A DNA stretch of 64,000 nt, taken from a virus (Duplodnaviria > Caudoviricetes). A program made the translations under genes and the position numbers. The notes under the pieces were generated by a model that was not told where the DNA came from, searched no databases, and was given only the letters and a program-made list of their open reading frames with translations. Of the stretch, positions 31,225 to 40,893 are shown in pieces (position 1 is the stretch's first letter; each line of letters begins with the position of its first letter). The stretch lies in IMG/VR virus record IMGVR_UViG_2657244976_000004, positions 11,675 to 75,674 of that record; one strand, written 5' to 3'.

Positions 31225-33351
31225 CTAGAGTGGTATTTGGTCAATTTGGCCCTGAATAGTCTGCATCATCTGTTCATGTAACGCGCCAATCTCTTCGGTC
31301 ACATTCTGCATCTCTTGCAGCACCTGCCCCGTTTTAGCCTGAGTATAAGCATCATTGAAGCGCTGACCATTGGCGAGTGTGGCTTCCCGTTCAGCCTGGG
31401 CATGAATGCGTTTAGCCTCTGCTTCTAAGCGGTCTACTTTCGCGGCCAGTTCGCGCATAGCCAGCTCTTGTTGTTGCTGCTGTAGTTGTTGCTCCTGCTG
31501 CGCGGCCTGCTGTTCTTCCGGTGTCATCTCATCCGGCGATTTTGGTGTACCCAATGCGCCACGGATCCGCTCAACAAATTCTTGTTTATTTGGCAGGTCT
31601 AACAGTTCTACCCACATATCCAACACGCTAACCTGAATCTGCGGTGGCAACCCGACAATAACTTCAGATAACCGCTGTGCCAATTGGGACTTATAGGCTG
31701 GTGTCTGTTGAATCGGTGCCAGAGCGATATGCGCACGTAGCCGGGATACATCGTTATTCATCCGGCCAGCCTCTTCGGCGGCATTCAATACCACCTCTTT
31801 GCGCTTGCGGGGATCATCACGATTAATCACTACCGGATAATTTCGGCGCTTGGTTAACTCTTCCAGCAAATAGCACAACAATAACTGGCCCACTTGTTGG
31901 CAAGCAAACTGATAGTTATCGTTGATCTCCGCCAAGGTAGTCGCACCCTGCTCTACCAAGTTACTGATCGCCACACCACTGGATGCATTGGAGTCTTGCC
32001 CGAGGAACGCTGAGTAAACACCCAGACCATCCTGAATCAACTTCATGGATTCCTGCATAACCTGAAACTGCTGCTGTGCAACTTGAAAGTCTTGCTGGAT
32101 GTTTAATGCATCTGCCGCTGTCGTCTTATTGGCACGGTTGGGATTTAGGTTAATCACCCCATCCGGGCGTTCAATTTCTTCGGCCAACTGTTTATCGGTC
32201 ATTTCCGTGGCATCTGCATCTTTAATTACCCGTTTTGCTTGCAGCAGCCAGGTCAACTTGATGCGGCGGAAATTCACTTCATCCTGTGCGGGAATGGCAC
32301 GGCAGGCCAAACCATACGGCGCTCCCGTTTTATCTTTGCGATAGCCCCAGAACGGAATCAGTGGAAACATACCTTGCGGCGCTGTACATGGGCGGTCAAT
32401 GATGAAATGAGGACCGACAAACCACGACTCACGGATCCGGCTGACACGAGCCATGGTGACCTGAACCCGGTCAGTGGCCACAGCCACAGCATGCATAACG
32501 TTATTCTTGTCATATTCTACAACGCGGCCATTGCTTAATTGCAGGATTGGCAGGCGCTGGAAGGTCCGATAGTAGATAACCTGAAGCAATACACGCTTAC
32601 GGTTGGATGATACCCATTCGGTGCTCTCACGGCTCCACGATTGATACTCTTCATAGGCGCTCATCAGATCCGATTCTTGCCCGGCCGCCAGTTCGGTATC
32701 CACAAAGCCTTTCCACTCATTGAGGGAGTAATCGATAATTTGCGATTTGTCGGGGAATGTCCCTTTCACCTCATCTACATCCAGCCAACGCTTACGCATC
32801 AACCAACGGCAATCACTCAGATCCGCCTCGCGGCTGAACCAATCCCAGAACACCTCATTACGATGAACGGTAGACACTTTAAATTTATTATCGAATGGGT
32901 CACTGTTGCGGCGCACCTCAACCCACGATAGCCCGGCTTTAATTTGCTCGGCATAAGCATCACTACGGGCCTTATTCAAACCACTTAGTCGGCAGGCATC
33001 AGCAAACTCAGCATTGACTGCTTCGGCCATCACTTCCATTTCTTCATTAGGATCATCAGCAATCACCATTAGATCGGTTCGGGTTTTAGCCTCCATGCCT
33101 AACACGCCGTCGATAGTCGGAGCGATAAGGTTATGTTGCGTTAACGGCTGTCCGCGTTCTCGTAGCTTTGCTACCACTTCCGGCGCGAGCTGGTCACCAT
33201 CGTAATAGGCGCAGGCGGTATTGGCGTTAGTGCGCCAGTCTGGCTGATGGTCAATATCCGAAGAGATATCCATCAATCGCTCAAGTGTAAAGCGGTCACG
33301 GTTTGCTGACTGAGATTGAGTAACCTCAGATTCATTAGTTGGGATATTCAT
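31225..33351 (-). CDS. Portal protein (P22/933W-like)
   Basis: YYDGDQ, NLIAPTIDGVLG.E, FPLIPFWG, PAQDEVN, SGVAI; Gln-rich C-terminus. Confidence 0.88.
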   Translation of the reverse strand: MNIPTNESEVTQSQSANRDRFTLERLMDISSDIDHQPDWRTNANTACAYYDGDQLAPEVVAKLRERGQPLTQHNLIAPTIDGVLGMEAKTRTDLMVIADDPNEEMEVMAEAVNAEFADACRLSGLNKARSDAYAEQIKAGLSWVEVRRNSDPFDNKFKVSTVHRNEVFWDWFSREADLSDCRWLMRKRWLDVDEVKGTFPDKSQIIDYSLNEWKGFVDTELAAGQESDLMSAYEEYQSWSRESTEWVSSNRKRVLLQVIYYRTFQRLPILQLSNGRVVEYDKNNVMHAVAVATDRVQVTMARVSRIRESWFVGPHFIIDRPCTAPQGMFPLIPFWGYRKDKTGAPYGLACRAIPAQDEVNFRRIKLTWLLQAKRVIKDADATEMTDKQLAEEIERPDGVINLNPNRANKTTAADALNIQQDFQVAQQQFQVMQESMKLIQDGLGVYSAFLGQDSNASSGVAISNLVEQGATTLAEINDNYQFACQQVGQLLLCYLLEELTKRRNYPVVINRDDPRKRKEVVLNAAEEAGRMNNDVSRLRAHIALAPIQQTPAYKSQLAQRLSEVIVGLPPQIQVSVLDMWVELLDLPNKQEFVERIRGALGTPKSPDEMTPEEQQAAQQEQQLQQQQQELAMRELAAKVDRLEAEAKRIHAQAEREATLANGQRFNDAYTQAKTGQVLQEMQNVTEEIGALHEQMMQTIQGQIDQIPL

Positions 33352-35057
33352 CAGATAGCCATCCAGTGTTTAGGTTTAGAACGGTCAATAGGTTGGTGTT
33401 TCGGACGTGCAGGCATTCGCGCACGCATTTCTTGTGCAATGGCATAGCTCATCACCTGGTCATCAAAGCACCCCGTTTGGGCATTCATGCGACCTCTTGC
33501 GTCATAAACGTAGGTATTCAATTCATTGATGGTGCCAATCCAGCGGACTCCAGAAGCATTCTCACGAAGCAGTGATTTAAGTCCTTCAATAATGACCGGC
33601 TTGCTTTGTGCTGTAGTTAGCCAGCCCAGTTTTGGTGTTTCATCATCATGATCACGGTCGAGGTATTGCTCTGAGTAGATAGAGCGGTGTGGGTAAACTT
33701 CACGTAACTTCTGTATGACTGCGTGACCGTGGTTGTTTCGTTCTGGACCGAGAAATGCCGTGTTGTACCATTTGCCAACATGGGCTAGAAGTTGAGCGAA
33801 CAATTCAGCATCCAGATAGCCGAACCAGTGGGCGACCTGTTCCCCGGTAGACTTTTTCACCACATCAAATGATGATCGGTCACGATTTTCCAAGCCCTCA
33901 GCGACGTCCCCACCAATAGCGTAATCCTCATCTGGATCCGGCAGTTCCCACACCAATAAGTGATTCAGTAGCGTGCGTTGAAGTTCTTCTGCATTGCCAG
34001 CACGTAATACCTGAACTTTGGTTCGTTTACCGGTTACTGGCTCAATGTCATATACCAGCAACGGAGACTTACACTGACCTTCGGCCTGCATGACATTGAT
34101 GGCGGCAAATACGCGGCGGCCAGATGTTAGAAATGCCTCAGACGGCGTGCTGGGGAATTCCTGTTTCATTTCCTCCTGCTGCTCAATCTCTTTGCGGATA
34201 TACCACTGCTTTTGTTCATCGAGCAAAGTGATACCCATTGTTTGCTCAACAGCAGCAAAATACTCCTGATGGTATTTACTTAAACGCAGACCGCCAGTTG
34301 GCACTGAAGTTTGATATTTAGGATCTTGCCACCAGGCAAAGAAATGGAATTTATAATCTTGTGATGTGAGCGGTAGATTTAATTGGCCTAAATCCATTGC
34401 TCGCGTGCTCATGGTGTGGAAATCGCCGCCTACGCCTTCAGCAGTGCTTTCAATAAATACAATGCAGCCGTCTTTGATGGCGTTGAGCGTTCCTGTTCTG
34501 ACCTCTTTCGCCTTGGCCGGATACTTGGCGCAAATTTTTCCATGCTCTGAAATATGTAGCCGTTGAACCGTCCCTGAGCGAAATGAGGTTGATACGCGGA
34601 TCTTTGAACCATGAGCAAATTCTATATGCCCTCCATTGGCACCTTCACGTCGGGTATTGATTTGAAACGTTGCGCGTAACCAAACAGGCAAGTTATCGAA
34701 CGGAATAGATATTTTGGTACTGAATATTTCCCCTGCCGCCGGTAAATCCTGAGCGATGATCCCACAGGAGAGATTTTTGTTAAAAAGCGCCTGATCTAGC
34801 AGGTAGATATCTATACCTGTTGAGAAGCCTAGTTGGCGAGCTTTTAGAATGATATTTCGATAGTGCATATTCTTGAACAACTCTCGCTGTGCAGGGCGCA
34901 TGCGAAAGGTCACTAGCTCGCCATCTTCATTGACTATCTTGTATAGGTTATTCAACCGCCACCAAACATCAGATAAATGAGCTTTGATATAGGCTATCTG
35001 TTCTGCCTCAGTCATTACGGCAATATCTGCATCGTTAAGTCTATCGTCTTGTTTCAC
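33351..35057 (-). CDS. Terminase large subunit
   Basis: ILKARQLGFST, LHISE, IESTAEG, GGDVAEG, FDDQVM. Confidence 0.92.
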   Translation of the reverse strand: MKQDDRLNDADIAVMTEAEQIAYIKAHLSDVWWRLNNLYKIVNEDGELVTFRMRPAQRELFKNMHYRNIILKARQLGFSTGIDIYLLDQALFNKNLSCGIIAQDLPAAGEIFSTKISIPFDNLPVWLRATFQINTRREGANGGHIEFAHGSKIRVSTSFRSGTVQRLHISEHGKICAKYPAKAKEVRTGTLNAIKDGCIVFIESTAEGVGGDFHTMSTRAMDLGQLNLPLTSQDYKFHFFAWWQDPKYQTSVPTGGLRLSKYHQEYFAAVEQTMGITLLDEQKQWYIRKEIEQQEEMKQEFPSTPSEAFLTSGRRVFAAINVMQAEGQCKSPLLVYDIEPVTGKRTKVQVLRAGNAEELQRTLLNHLLVWELPDPDEDYAIGGDVAEGLENRDRSSFDVVKKSTGEQVAHWFGYLDAELFAQLLAHVGKWYNTAFLGPERNNHGHAVIQKLREVYPHRSIYSEQYLDRDHDDETPKLGWLTTAQSKPVIIEGLKSLLRENASGVRWIGTINELNTYVYDARGRMNAQTGCFDDQVMSYAIAQEMRARMPARPKHQPIDRSKPKHWMAI

Positions 35058-35911
35058 AGCAAACCGTCCTGTCCTGAGTCCCTAACTTCCTTCACTGCTT
35101 CGCTGAGTGGTGTTGTAACTCCCTTGCCTTCTGACGTTAATTTTTGAGTCTCAGCCTCCAACTTAGAAGTGGCCGCTTTAATGCGGTAGGTATCAGCCTT
35201 TAAACGAGGTCCGTTGATGGCATCCAATTTCAATTTACTCAAACTGTTCTCTATGGATTCAATACGGCCAATGTTTCTATCCAGCGCTGATTCAGCCTTG
35301 AGCAGCTTGTCATACAGTTCTATTCGCGCTTCAATAGACTCCGCTGCCACTAAATCCTCGTGGATTTTTCGCATGGTCTTGGTCACCGATAAAGCCCGCG
35401 CTCGGGTGAATATCAGTTCGTCATGAAGATCTGAATCTGCCGCCGCCTCAAACAAATCATCTGCATTCAGATACCGCGCATAAGCGCCATGTTTTCTGGC
35501 TGCCTGATTGCCGGGAGTAAAAGCGCCAACCGGATTGGGATTACCTGCATTACCTTCTGAATGACGGTTGCCTTTGGTGAATTGCCCGTTGCCCGATCGG
35601 CCGGAGTTCGGTTTCTCGGCTGGCTCTGACTCTAGATCGCGGTCATCGTCTGCGTCCGATGATAATTTCTGTTCTTCTTCTTCCACGTCATCACTGTTTG
35701 CGCACTGTTGCGCAGTAGCATCGGATTGCGCATTGTGCGCAGTTCTACGGGGTTTCTTTTGCGCAGACTGCGCAGCACGAGGTTTGATATAGCGGCGTGC
35801 AGATTGGTAATTAAGTCCATGCTGTTCACACCATTGCTGAGCGGTAATTCCTGTAGTCGCGTTATCAGCCAGAAAGGCAGCTTGTAACGCTTCCCAATCA
35901 TGCTTTGCCAT
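35054..35911 (-). CDS. Terminase small subunit
   Basis: N-terminal HTH, GN..ARKHG.Y motif; overlaps terL. Confidence 0.8.
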   Translation of the reverse strand: MAKHDWEALQAAFLADNATTGITAQQWCEQHGLNYQSARRYIKPRAAQSAQKKPRRTAHNAQSDATAQQCANSDDVEEEEQKLSSDADDDRDLESEPAEKPNSGRSGNGQFTKGNRHSEGNAGNPNPVGAFTPGNQAARKHGAYARYLNADDLFEAAADSDLHDELIFTRARALSVTKTMRKIHEDLVAAESIEARIELYDKLLKAESALDRNIGRIESIENSLSKLKLDAINGPRLKADTYRIKAATSKLEAETQKLTSEGKGVTTPLSEAVKEVRDSGQDGLL

Positions 35912-35976
35912 AGTGTTCTATTGGTCTGTTGTGGGCCATTATTGAGCCACCTCTTGGGAAGTGACTCTGTAATGAC

Positions 35977-36321
35977 TTAAACAGCCTTACCCGATGTTTG
36001 CCCACTGGATAAAGCCCTCGGTGACTGCTCATGCAATTTCTGGCGCAGTAAATATCCTTCTAGCCCCCATATTTTATGTATCGCGTTATCCATGGCGATT
36101 CTACGACCTATCTCTTCATCAAAGTTCTCGGGACTTGCACAGGCACTCTCACCTGTAACGGTGTAACCATTTTCTAATGTGATACAGCAGATGATTACAG
36201 TGGTACCTGGAAAACGATGATATTGGCCCGCAACCTGAACGCGCTCGATATGCTCCGGGGTAATCCGTGGTGCAGTTAAGCCTTTACGCTGAATTTCTTT
36301 CTCAATATCTTTATCGCTCAT
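35977..36321 (-). CDS. Gp49-family (Phage_gp49_66-like) protein
   Basis: LTAPRITP, LENGYTVTGESACASPENFDEEIG, IWGLEGYLL. Confidence 0.8.
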   Translation of the reverse strand: MSDKDIEKEIQRKGLTAPRITPEHIERVQVAGQYHRFPGTTVIICCITLENGYTVTGESACASPENFDEEIGRRIAMDNAIHKIWGLEGYLLRQKLHEQSPRALSSGQTSGKAV

Positions 36322-36860
36322 GGTAATTCCTGTTTGTTTGGTTGCTGTGATGGCAGACTGCGGATCAACTCTCTATCGTTATTGGCCCGGTCTAACAGGG
36401 TCAGTAACGGGTCAAGCCACAGCACTGCTTGGCGGTAAGTCATTCTGTGGGGGGAAGTGGTACCAGTAAGGGTTCCGTCAGGTTGGCCGGAATTGCGCAT
36501 TGCCCTGGCACGTAGACCGTCCGTATAGTCGTACATCCGCTGAGCAGTAGAATCAGGGATATACCGATCAGCGCATTCCTCAACGTTGAGGTCTTTGCGG
36601 TTTTCAATTTGCCTTTCCTCGCTTTTGGCAGAAATGGTGACGTTATAGCTACCGGCCTGCGCAGCTATCTCATTGGAACGCTGGAACTGAAAAGCCTGTA
36701 ATGCCTGGGTGGCTTTTGATTCATCCAGATCACTTTGCAGTTGTGATAATTGCCCGACCTTCTCAACAGCAACTTTGTGGAAATAGAAAGCGGTACCGCC
36801 AAGGCACAGGATCACCACCAGCAGAACGCTGGCAATCGCGATAAGTAGTTTTGTGGACAT
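36318..36860 (-). CDS. Rz-like i-spanin, apparently fused to the o-spanin C-terminus by a frameshift
   Basis: N-terminal TM plus coiled coil; tail MTYRQAVLWLDPLL..ANND resembles Rz1. Confidence 0.65.
   Translation of the reverse strand: MSTKLLIAIASVLLVVILCLGGTAFYFHKVAVEKVGQLSQLQSDLDESKATQALQAFQFQRSNEIAAQAGSYNVTISAKSEERQIENRKDLNVEECADRYIPDSTAQRMYDYTDGLRARAMRNSGQPDGTLTGTTSPHRMTYRQAVLWLDPLLTLLDRANNDRELIRSLPSQQPNKQELP
36440..36583 (-). pseudogene. Rz1-like o-spanin lipoprotein, prematurely terminated
   Basis: Embedded frame with LLLSGC lipobox and Pro-rich linker stops just after the G6 run at 36449-36454. Confidence 0.6.
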
Positions 36861-36991
36861 ATCAGGATCCGGGCTTAATGCCGTTTACTATGAAAAAAGC
36901 AGGGGTAATGGCATACACCAGTGATTCAGATTTCACGTAGCGTTACCAAAACAACATGTAAATGGGTGTTATTAGCTAATTTATAACGGTT

Positions 36992-37480
36992 TTATGGCAT
37001 CAGACATAATTCGCGCTCGACTTCACGGCGATTGACTAACCCCTTCCAGACCTTGCCACCAGCCTTAATCCATCTACGCAGCTCATCGCACGCGCCAGAA
37101 GTATCGCCACGGTTGAGTTTTTTCACCATGGTGGAATTGGTCATGGCAGTAATACCAACGTTGTAGCCAAATGATGCCAGGGCAGCTTTACGGAAATCGG
37201 ACATTGGAACGTTAACGATGCGGTCGATGGCGGCAAATACGGGGATCAGATCTTTGTGTAGCAAAGCATCACATTCAGCATCGCTGTAGCGTTTGCTGGG
37301 GATGATATCTTTGCCAGTGTGACCATCGCAGACCGTTAGCACGCCAACCACATCACGATAAGGCATATACTCACGCCCTTCCAATCCATCGCTGCCACCC
37401 ACAAGGGCAATTGCGATCGCCATAGCACCACCAGCAACTACACCGTATATTTTCTTCATTAAATGGGAGGACACTGCCAT
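36992..37480 (-). CDS. SAR endolysin (GH24 lysozyme)
   Basis: Gly/Ala-rich SAR N-terminus; EG..PYRDVVGVLTVCDGHT; GLVNRR.VE. Confidence 0.92.
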   Translation of the reverse strand: MAVSSHLMKKIYGVVAGGAMAIAIALVGGSDGLEGREYMPYRDVVGVLTVCDGHTGKDIIPSKRYSDAECDALLHKDLIPVFAAIDRIVNVPMSDFRKAALASFGYNVGITAMTNSTMVKKLNRGDTSGACDELRRWIKAGGKVWKGLVNRREVERELCLMP

Positions 37481-37716
37481 TATTTATCCCCCCTGATTAT
37501 TGTGTATCCCTCTCGCGCTGCTTTTTCGATAGCTTTTGTCTGCCGGCGCTGCCAGTAGGCGTTCAGAAAAAAGGTAGCCACCCCGATGATAATACCGATG
37601 ACAATCGCCCAATCATTCAGGGTTAAATCTTTTAATAGGTTACCCAGCTTCCCAACCAATACCAGCACTGCCCCTGTGAGATATGAGGCAAATGATGTTT
37701 TTTCAGGCATTTTCAT
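37480..37716 (-). CDS. Holin
   Basis: MKM dual start, TLNDWAIVIGII, basic C-terminus. Confidence 0.8.
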   Translation of the reverse strand: MKMPEKTSFASYLTGAVLVLVGKLGNLLKDLTLNDWAIVIGIIIGVATFFLNAYWQRRQTKAIEKAAREGYTIIRGDK

Positions 37717-37742
37717 GCTCCACCTCCCCGGTTTGGGGAAAT

Positions 37743-37881
37743 AAAAAAGCCTGCTGGGCGAACCATGCAGGCTTTTGGGGTAGTCAGGACTGACCGGAAC
37801 TGACCAATAAAAAACCGGAGCAGCTTTTAAGCATACTCCGGCATCTTTCGGAAATTTAGCGCGTTATGAGATTCAAATCAA
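37743..37881 (-). promoter_or_regulatory. Late promoter pR' with pause element and two terminators
   Basis: TTGATT-17bp-TAAATT, AAAGATG, hairpins CCGGAG..CTCCGG-T6 and AAGCCTGC..GCAGGCTTTTT before the holin. Confidence 0.7.
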
Positions 37882-38013
37882 TATGTAATTAGTAATCATA
37901 CACGGTAGCTATCTTTACTTGGATCACACATATTTGACAATAATCACTAATCGCTTCTTAATTTGTAGTACATAACTTAAGCTGATTTTAATTTAGGATG
38001 TAAAGGGAATTAT

Positions 38014-38349
38014 ATGAACGAAGAGCTTATCGATAGATTTCATAAAGAAATGTTAGGAATCTATAATTCAGCGCTAAACTTAACCCCCCCCTATCGAGCC
38101 ACTCGGTTTTATCAAATGGTTTTACAGCATGGTGGGTATGAAACAGCAAAGCGCTTGTTAGCAACAGGGAATCCGTCTGAAGGATTCACTCAACTTTATC
38201 TCCGAGGGCCTGAGAACTTGCGCCTTAGTGTCGAATATTTAGTGTTGCAACAACCTTGGCGTATATTATTTGAAGAACAGCATCTAGCTAAAGCAAAAAA
38301 ACGCTTAGTGGATATGCGAGTATCAATCCCAAAAGATGACGTTCAATAA
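38014..38349 (+). CDS. Hypothetical moron protein
   Basis: AAGGGA RBS; opposite strand between Q and pR'. Confidence 0.7.
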   Translation: MNEELIDRFHKEMLGIYNSALNLTPPYRATRFYQMVLQHGGYETAKRLLATGNPSEGFTQLYLRGPENLRLSVEYLVLQQPWRILFEEQHLAKAKKRLVDMRVSIPKDDVQ

Positions 38350-38364
38350 ATATGAGAAACCCTC

Positions 38365-39171
38365 TTATCTCATTTCGGATTGAATTCTTTCAATTAAAAC
38401 CTCACCTGCATCGGACTCTTCAACGTACAGCCAGTGCATGCATTCTTTAACCACAGGCGCATATAGCGCAGCCCATTCCCCGGCGGGTATCTCAGCCCCT
38501 ATGATGCCCATCGATTTACGCAGATGTTCCATTGTTGGCGGTATACGGCCACCACCGCCGCATTCGTTGCATGTTTCTGGATGAGGTCGCAGAGTTTTAC
38601 CGGCACCATGGCAACGTGGGCATACCTGCGTTACAGATGCCTGCTGATTAGCCCATGCCCGCAATGCTCCGCGTTCTGTTTTGATTTTAGACTGAAGGGT
38701 ATTTATTTCATTTGCCAGTAATACGATAGTGCCATCATCAAGTGCCTGGGCTTTATCTCTTTCCAGCAATTTGATTTGCTGCTGTAGCCCATCAACGACT
38801 TTTCTGGTCATTCCAGTACGGGAGCCGTAACGTCGTAATAAAGTGGCAATTTGCTCTACCTGCGCCGGGAGATTTCTATCCAATACCATGTTCAGCGCTA
38901 ACTGGCAGGCAGCAATGGCTCGGGGTGGATGCGGTCGTTTATGCAGCCACACACTAATTGCGGCTCGTAAGCGTTGCTCGGCTTTACAGTCATTGCGGTA
39001 TTTGGTCATCAAAATATCAAATCCGACAGGGTGTATATGCTGGCAGGTAGCAAAAGTACCTAATATCTGGTCTTTGGTCAGAACTGCACGACCTCGGCCA
39101 ATGTTCAGCGATTCTATGCTGACACAGCGCGGATCGTGCATTTTGATAAGTTGTTCAATAGCAGTGGTCAT
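38365..39171 (-). CDS. Q-like late antiterminator (TIGR02642-like, Zn finger)
   Basis: CPRCHGAG..CNECGGGG; position upstream of lysis cassette. Confidence 0.7.
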   Translation of the reverse strand: MTTAIEQLIKMHDPRCVSIESLNIGRGRAVLTKDQILGTFATCQHIHPVGFDILMTKYRNDCKAEQRLRAAISVWLHKRPHPPRAIAACQLALNMVLDRNLPAQVEQIATLLRRYGSRTGMTRKVVDGLQQQIKLLERDKAQALDDGTIVLLANEINTLQSKIKTERGALRAWANQQASVTQVCPRCHGAGKTLRPHPETCNECGGGGRIPPTMEHLRKSMGIIGAEIPAGEWAALYAPVVKECMHWLYVEESDAGEVLIERIQSEMR

Positions 39172-39368
39172 TGGTCAGTCCTGTGTTTTAAATTCACAAG
39201 ACTGATTCTATAGTTCGTTGCAAGAATCGCAACAATTTACCATTTCATCCCTGCTTTTGAAAAATTAAAATTTTCTTAAATGATACTTAAAAGTACCCAA
39301 TACTACACAAATCCAAAGATTCTATTCAGTTAGAGTCACAAAATTAAATTACCATCTAGCTCATGAAA

Positions 39369-40883
39369 TTATTCTAAAAGACAAGCCAGTTCAACAATGT
39401 CAGCATAGTCACCTAATCTTAAAGTAGAATCTTTTAAGTCATTTAAAATGATAGCTCTTAACACCGCATTATCCTTTATTTCAAAAATATCAATTTGATG
39501 TAAATGTCTTGAAAAATTTTTTATTGTGGAAGCTAATGAGTCTACTTTATCGTCAATTATGACAATACTCCAAAGGATATAGAATAACTCTATAATGCTT
39601 AATTTTATCAATTTAACTCTAAGAGAATTCGATGTATTAGTATAATCATCAATGGGAAATGATACTCCCAAAACTTGACCATTTATTTTAAAACTTACAC
39701 TTTCACTAATTAATTTCCCTCTCCCAACCATACTTTTAAAAAAATTATCTCTTTCACTTGAGACAGGTAGTTTACCTAAAGTAATATAATTGTATTTCTC
39801 ACTACTAATACAATTTACACTTAGAACCAATGCTAAAAAAATAAAATCGAACCTAGCACTAATGTTAGCAATCGATGCTTCGATTCTTTCCATCCATTGA
39901 TTTATTGTCCTAAGATCCATGTGTAATACTTGAGATATCGCAGATAGAATTTTTGAATACTGTTCGATATAACTACTATCTCCTACTTCAACAATGAACC
40001 AACTATTGTTTTTATTTCCAAGATGGTTCTGTAAAATCACACTAGAAGATACTATTTCAAATATAAATTCATAATGATTCGGTTTTCTTAATGTTAATGT
40101 CCTATTAAAAAACCTATTAAGATATCGTTGTGAATCGAACCCAACTCCATAAACTGCTTTTATTGAGTGTTCTAGCTGTTCTTTATCTGTTGCAATGACA
40201 AAAACAACTCTTTTCATATCGAATAGATGCTTGATCGTTTCTAACATCTCAATTGCATACGTAGGTCTGCATCTATCTAATTCATCGATAAATATAAATA
40301 ATGGATAATCATAACCTCTATTAGAACCAATCACTGACTCCAACCATGAATTAATTGCTTTTTTAAAATCCTCTATAGACTTATTAGCTTCCTCATGGGC
40401 ACTCATCGCGGCTTCAACGAGTTTAGCACCTATGTCAGCTGCCCCCTCACTACTAATGAAGTCCGTTGCTTTATCAATATCTACGCCAAACTTTGTTTTA
40501 ATTACAGCTTTTGTAGCCTCAGGTGCAACTGATTTTATCATTCTCCAGGCATTCGCTATGAAAGGGGACTTAAGCAGTGACTTATCTGTTTTATCTATTA
40601 GGCCATGTTGTATCTCTGTAATCACTGCCAAAAAAGGATCTTTTGAGTGATCACTTTTCCATGCATCAATGAACACAACTGGATATTGATTTTCTATTTC
40701 TTCAGCCCAACGACGTAAAAACCATGTTTTTCCTGCCCCCCATTGAGCATTTAAATTTAAAACATAATTCTCATCCTTACCTTTTTCTATTAAGAAATTG
40801 GTCAGAAACTCTGCATACTTCGATCTATCAAGTCTATCCGGAGGGTACTCACTTCTACTTATTTTTGACCAGTCAAATAACAT
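39369..40883 (-). CDS. KAP-family P-loop NTPase
   Basis: NAQWGAGKT Walker A, FIDAW, IFIDELDRCRP Walker B, YLNRFF. Confidence 0.88.
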   Translation of the reverse strand: MLFDWSKISRSEYPPDRLDRSKYAEFLTNFLIEKGKDENYVLNLNAQWGAGKTWFLRRWAEEIENQYPVVFIDAWKSDHSKDPFLAVITEIQHGLIDKTDKSLLKSPFIANAWRMIKSVAPEATKAVIKTKFGVDIDKATDFISSEGAADIGAKLVEAAMSAHEEANKSIEDFKKAINSWLESVIGSNRGYDYPLFIFIDELDRCRPTYAIEMLETIKHLFDMKRVVFVIATDKEQLEHSIKAVYGVGFDSQRYLNRFFNRTLTLRKPNHYEFIFEIVSSSVILQNHLGNKNNSWFIVEVGDSSYIEQYSKILSAISQVLHMDLRTINQWMERIEASIANISARFDFIFLALVLSVNCISSEKYNYITLGKLPVSSERDNFFKSMVGRGKLISESVSFKINGQVLGVSFPIDDYTNTSNSLRVKLIKLSIIELFYILWSIVIIDDKVDSLASTIKNFSRHLHQIDIFEIKDNAVLRAIILNDLKDSTLRLGDYADIVELACLLE

Positions 40884-40893
40884 TTACACTTCC

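Noticed and set aside
27004-35901. Numerous alternative-frame and antisense ORFs over head genes
   Set aside because: Shadow frames of well-supported genes with no motifs or RBSs.
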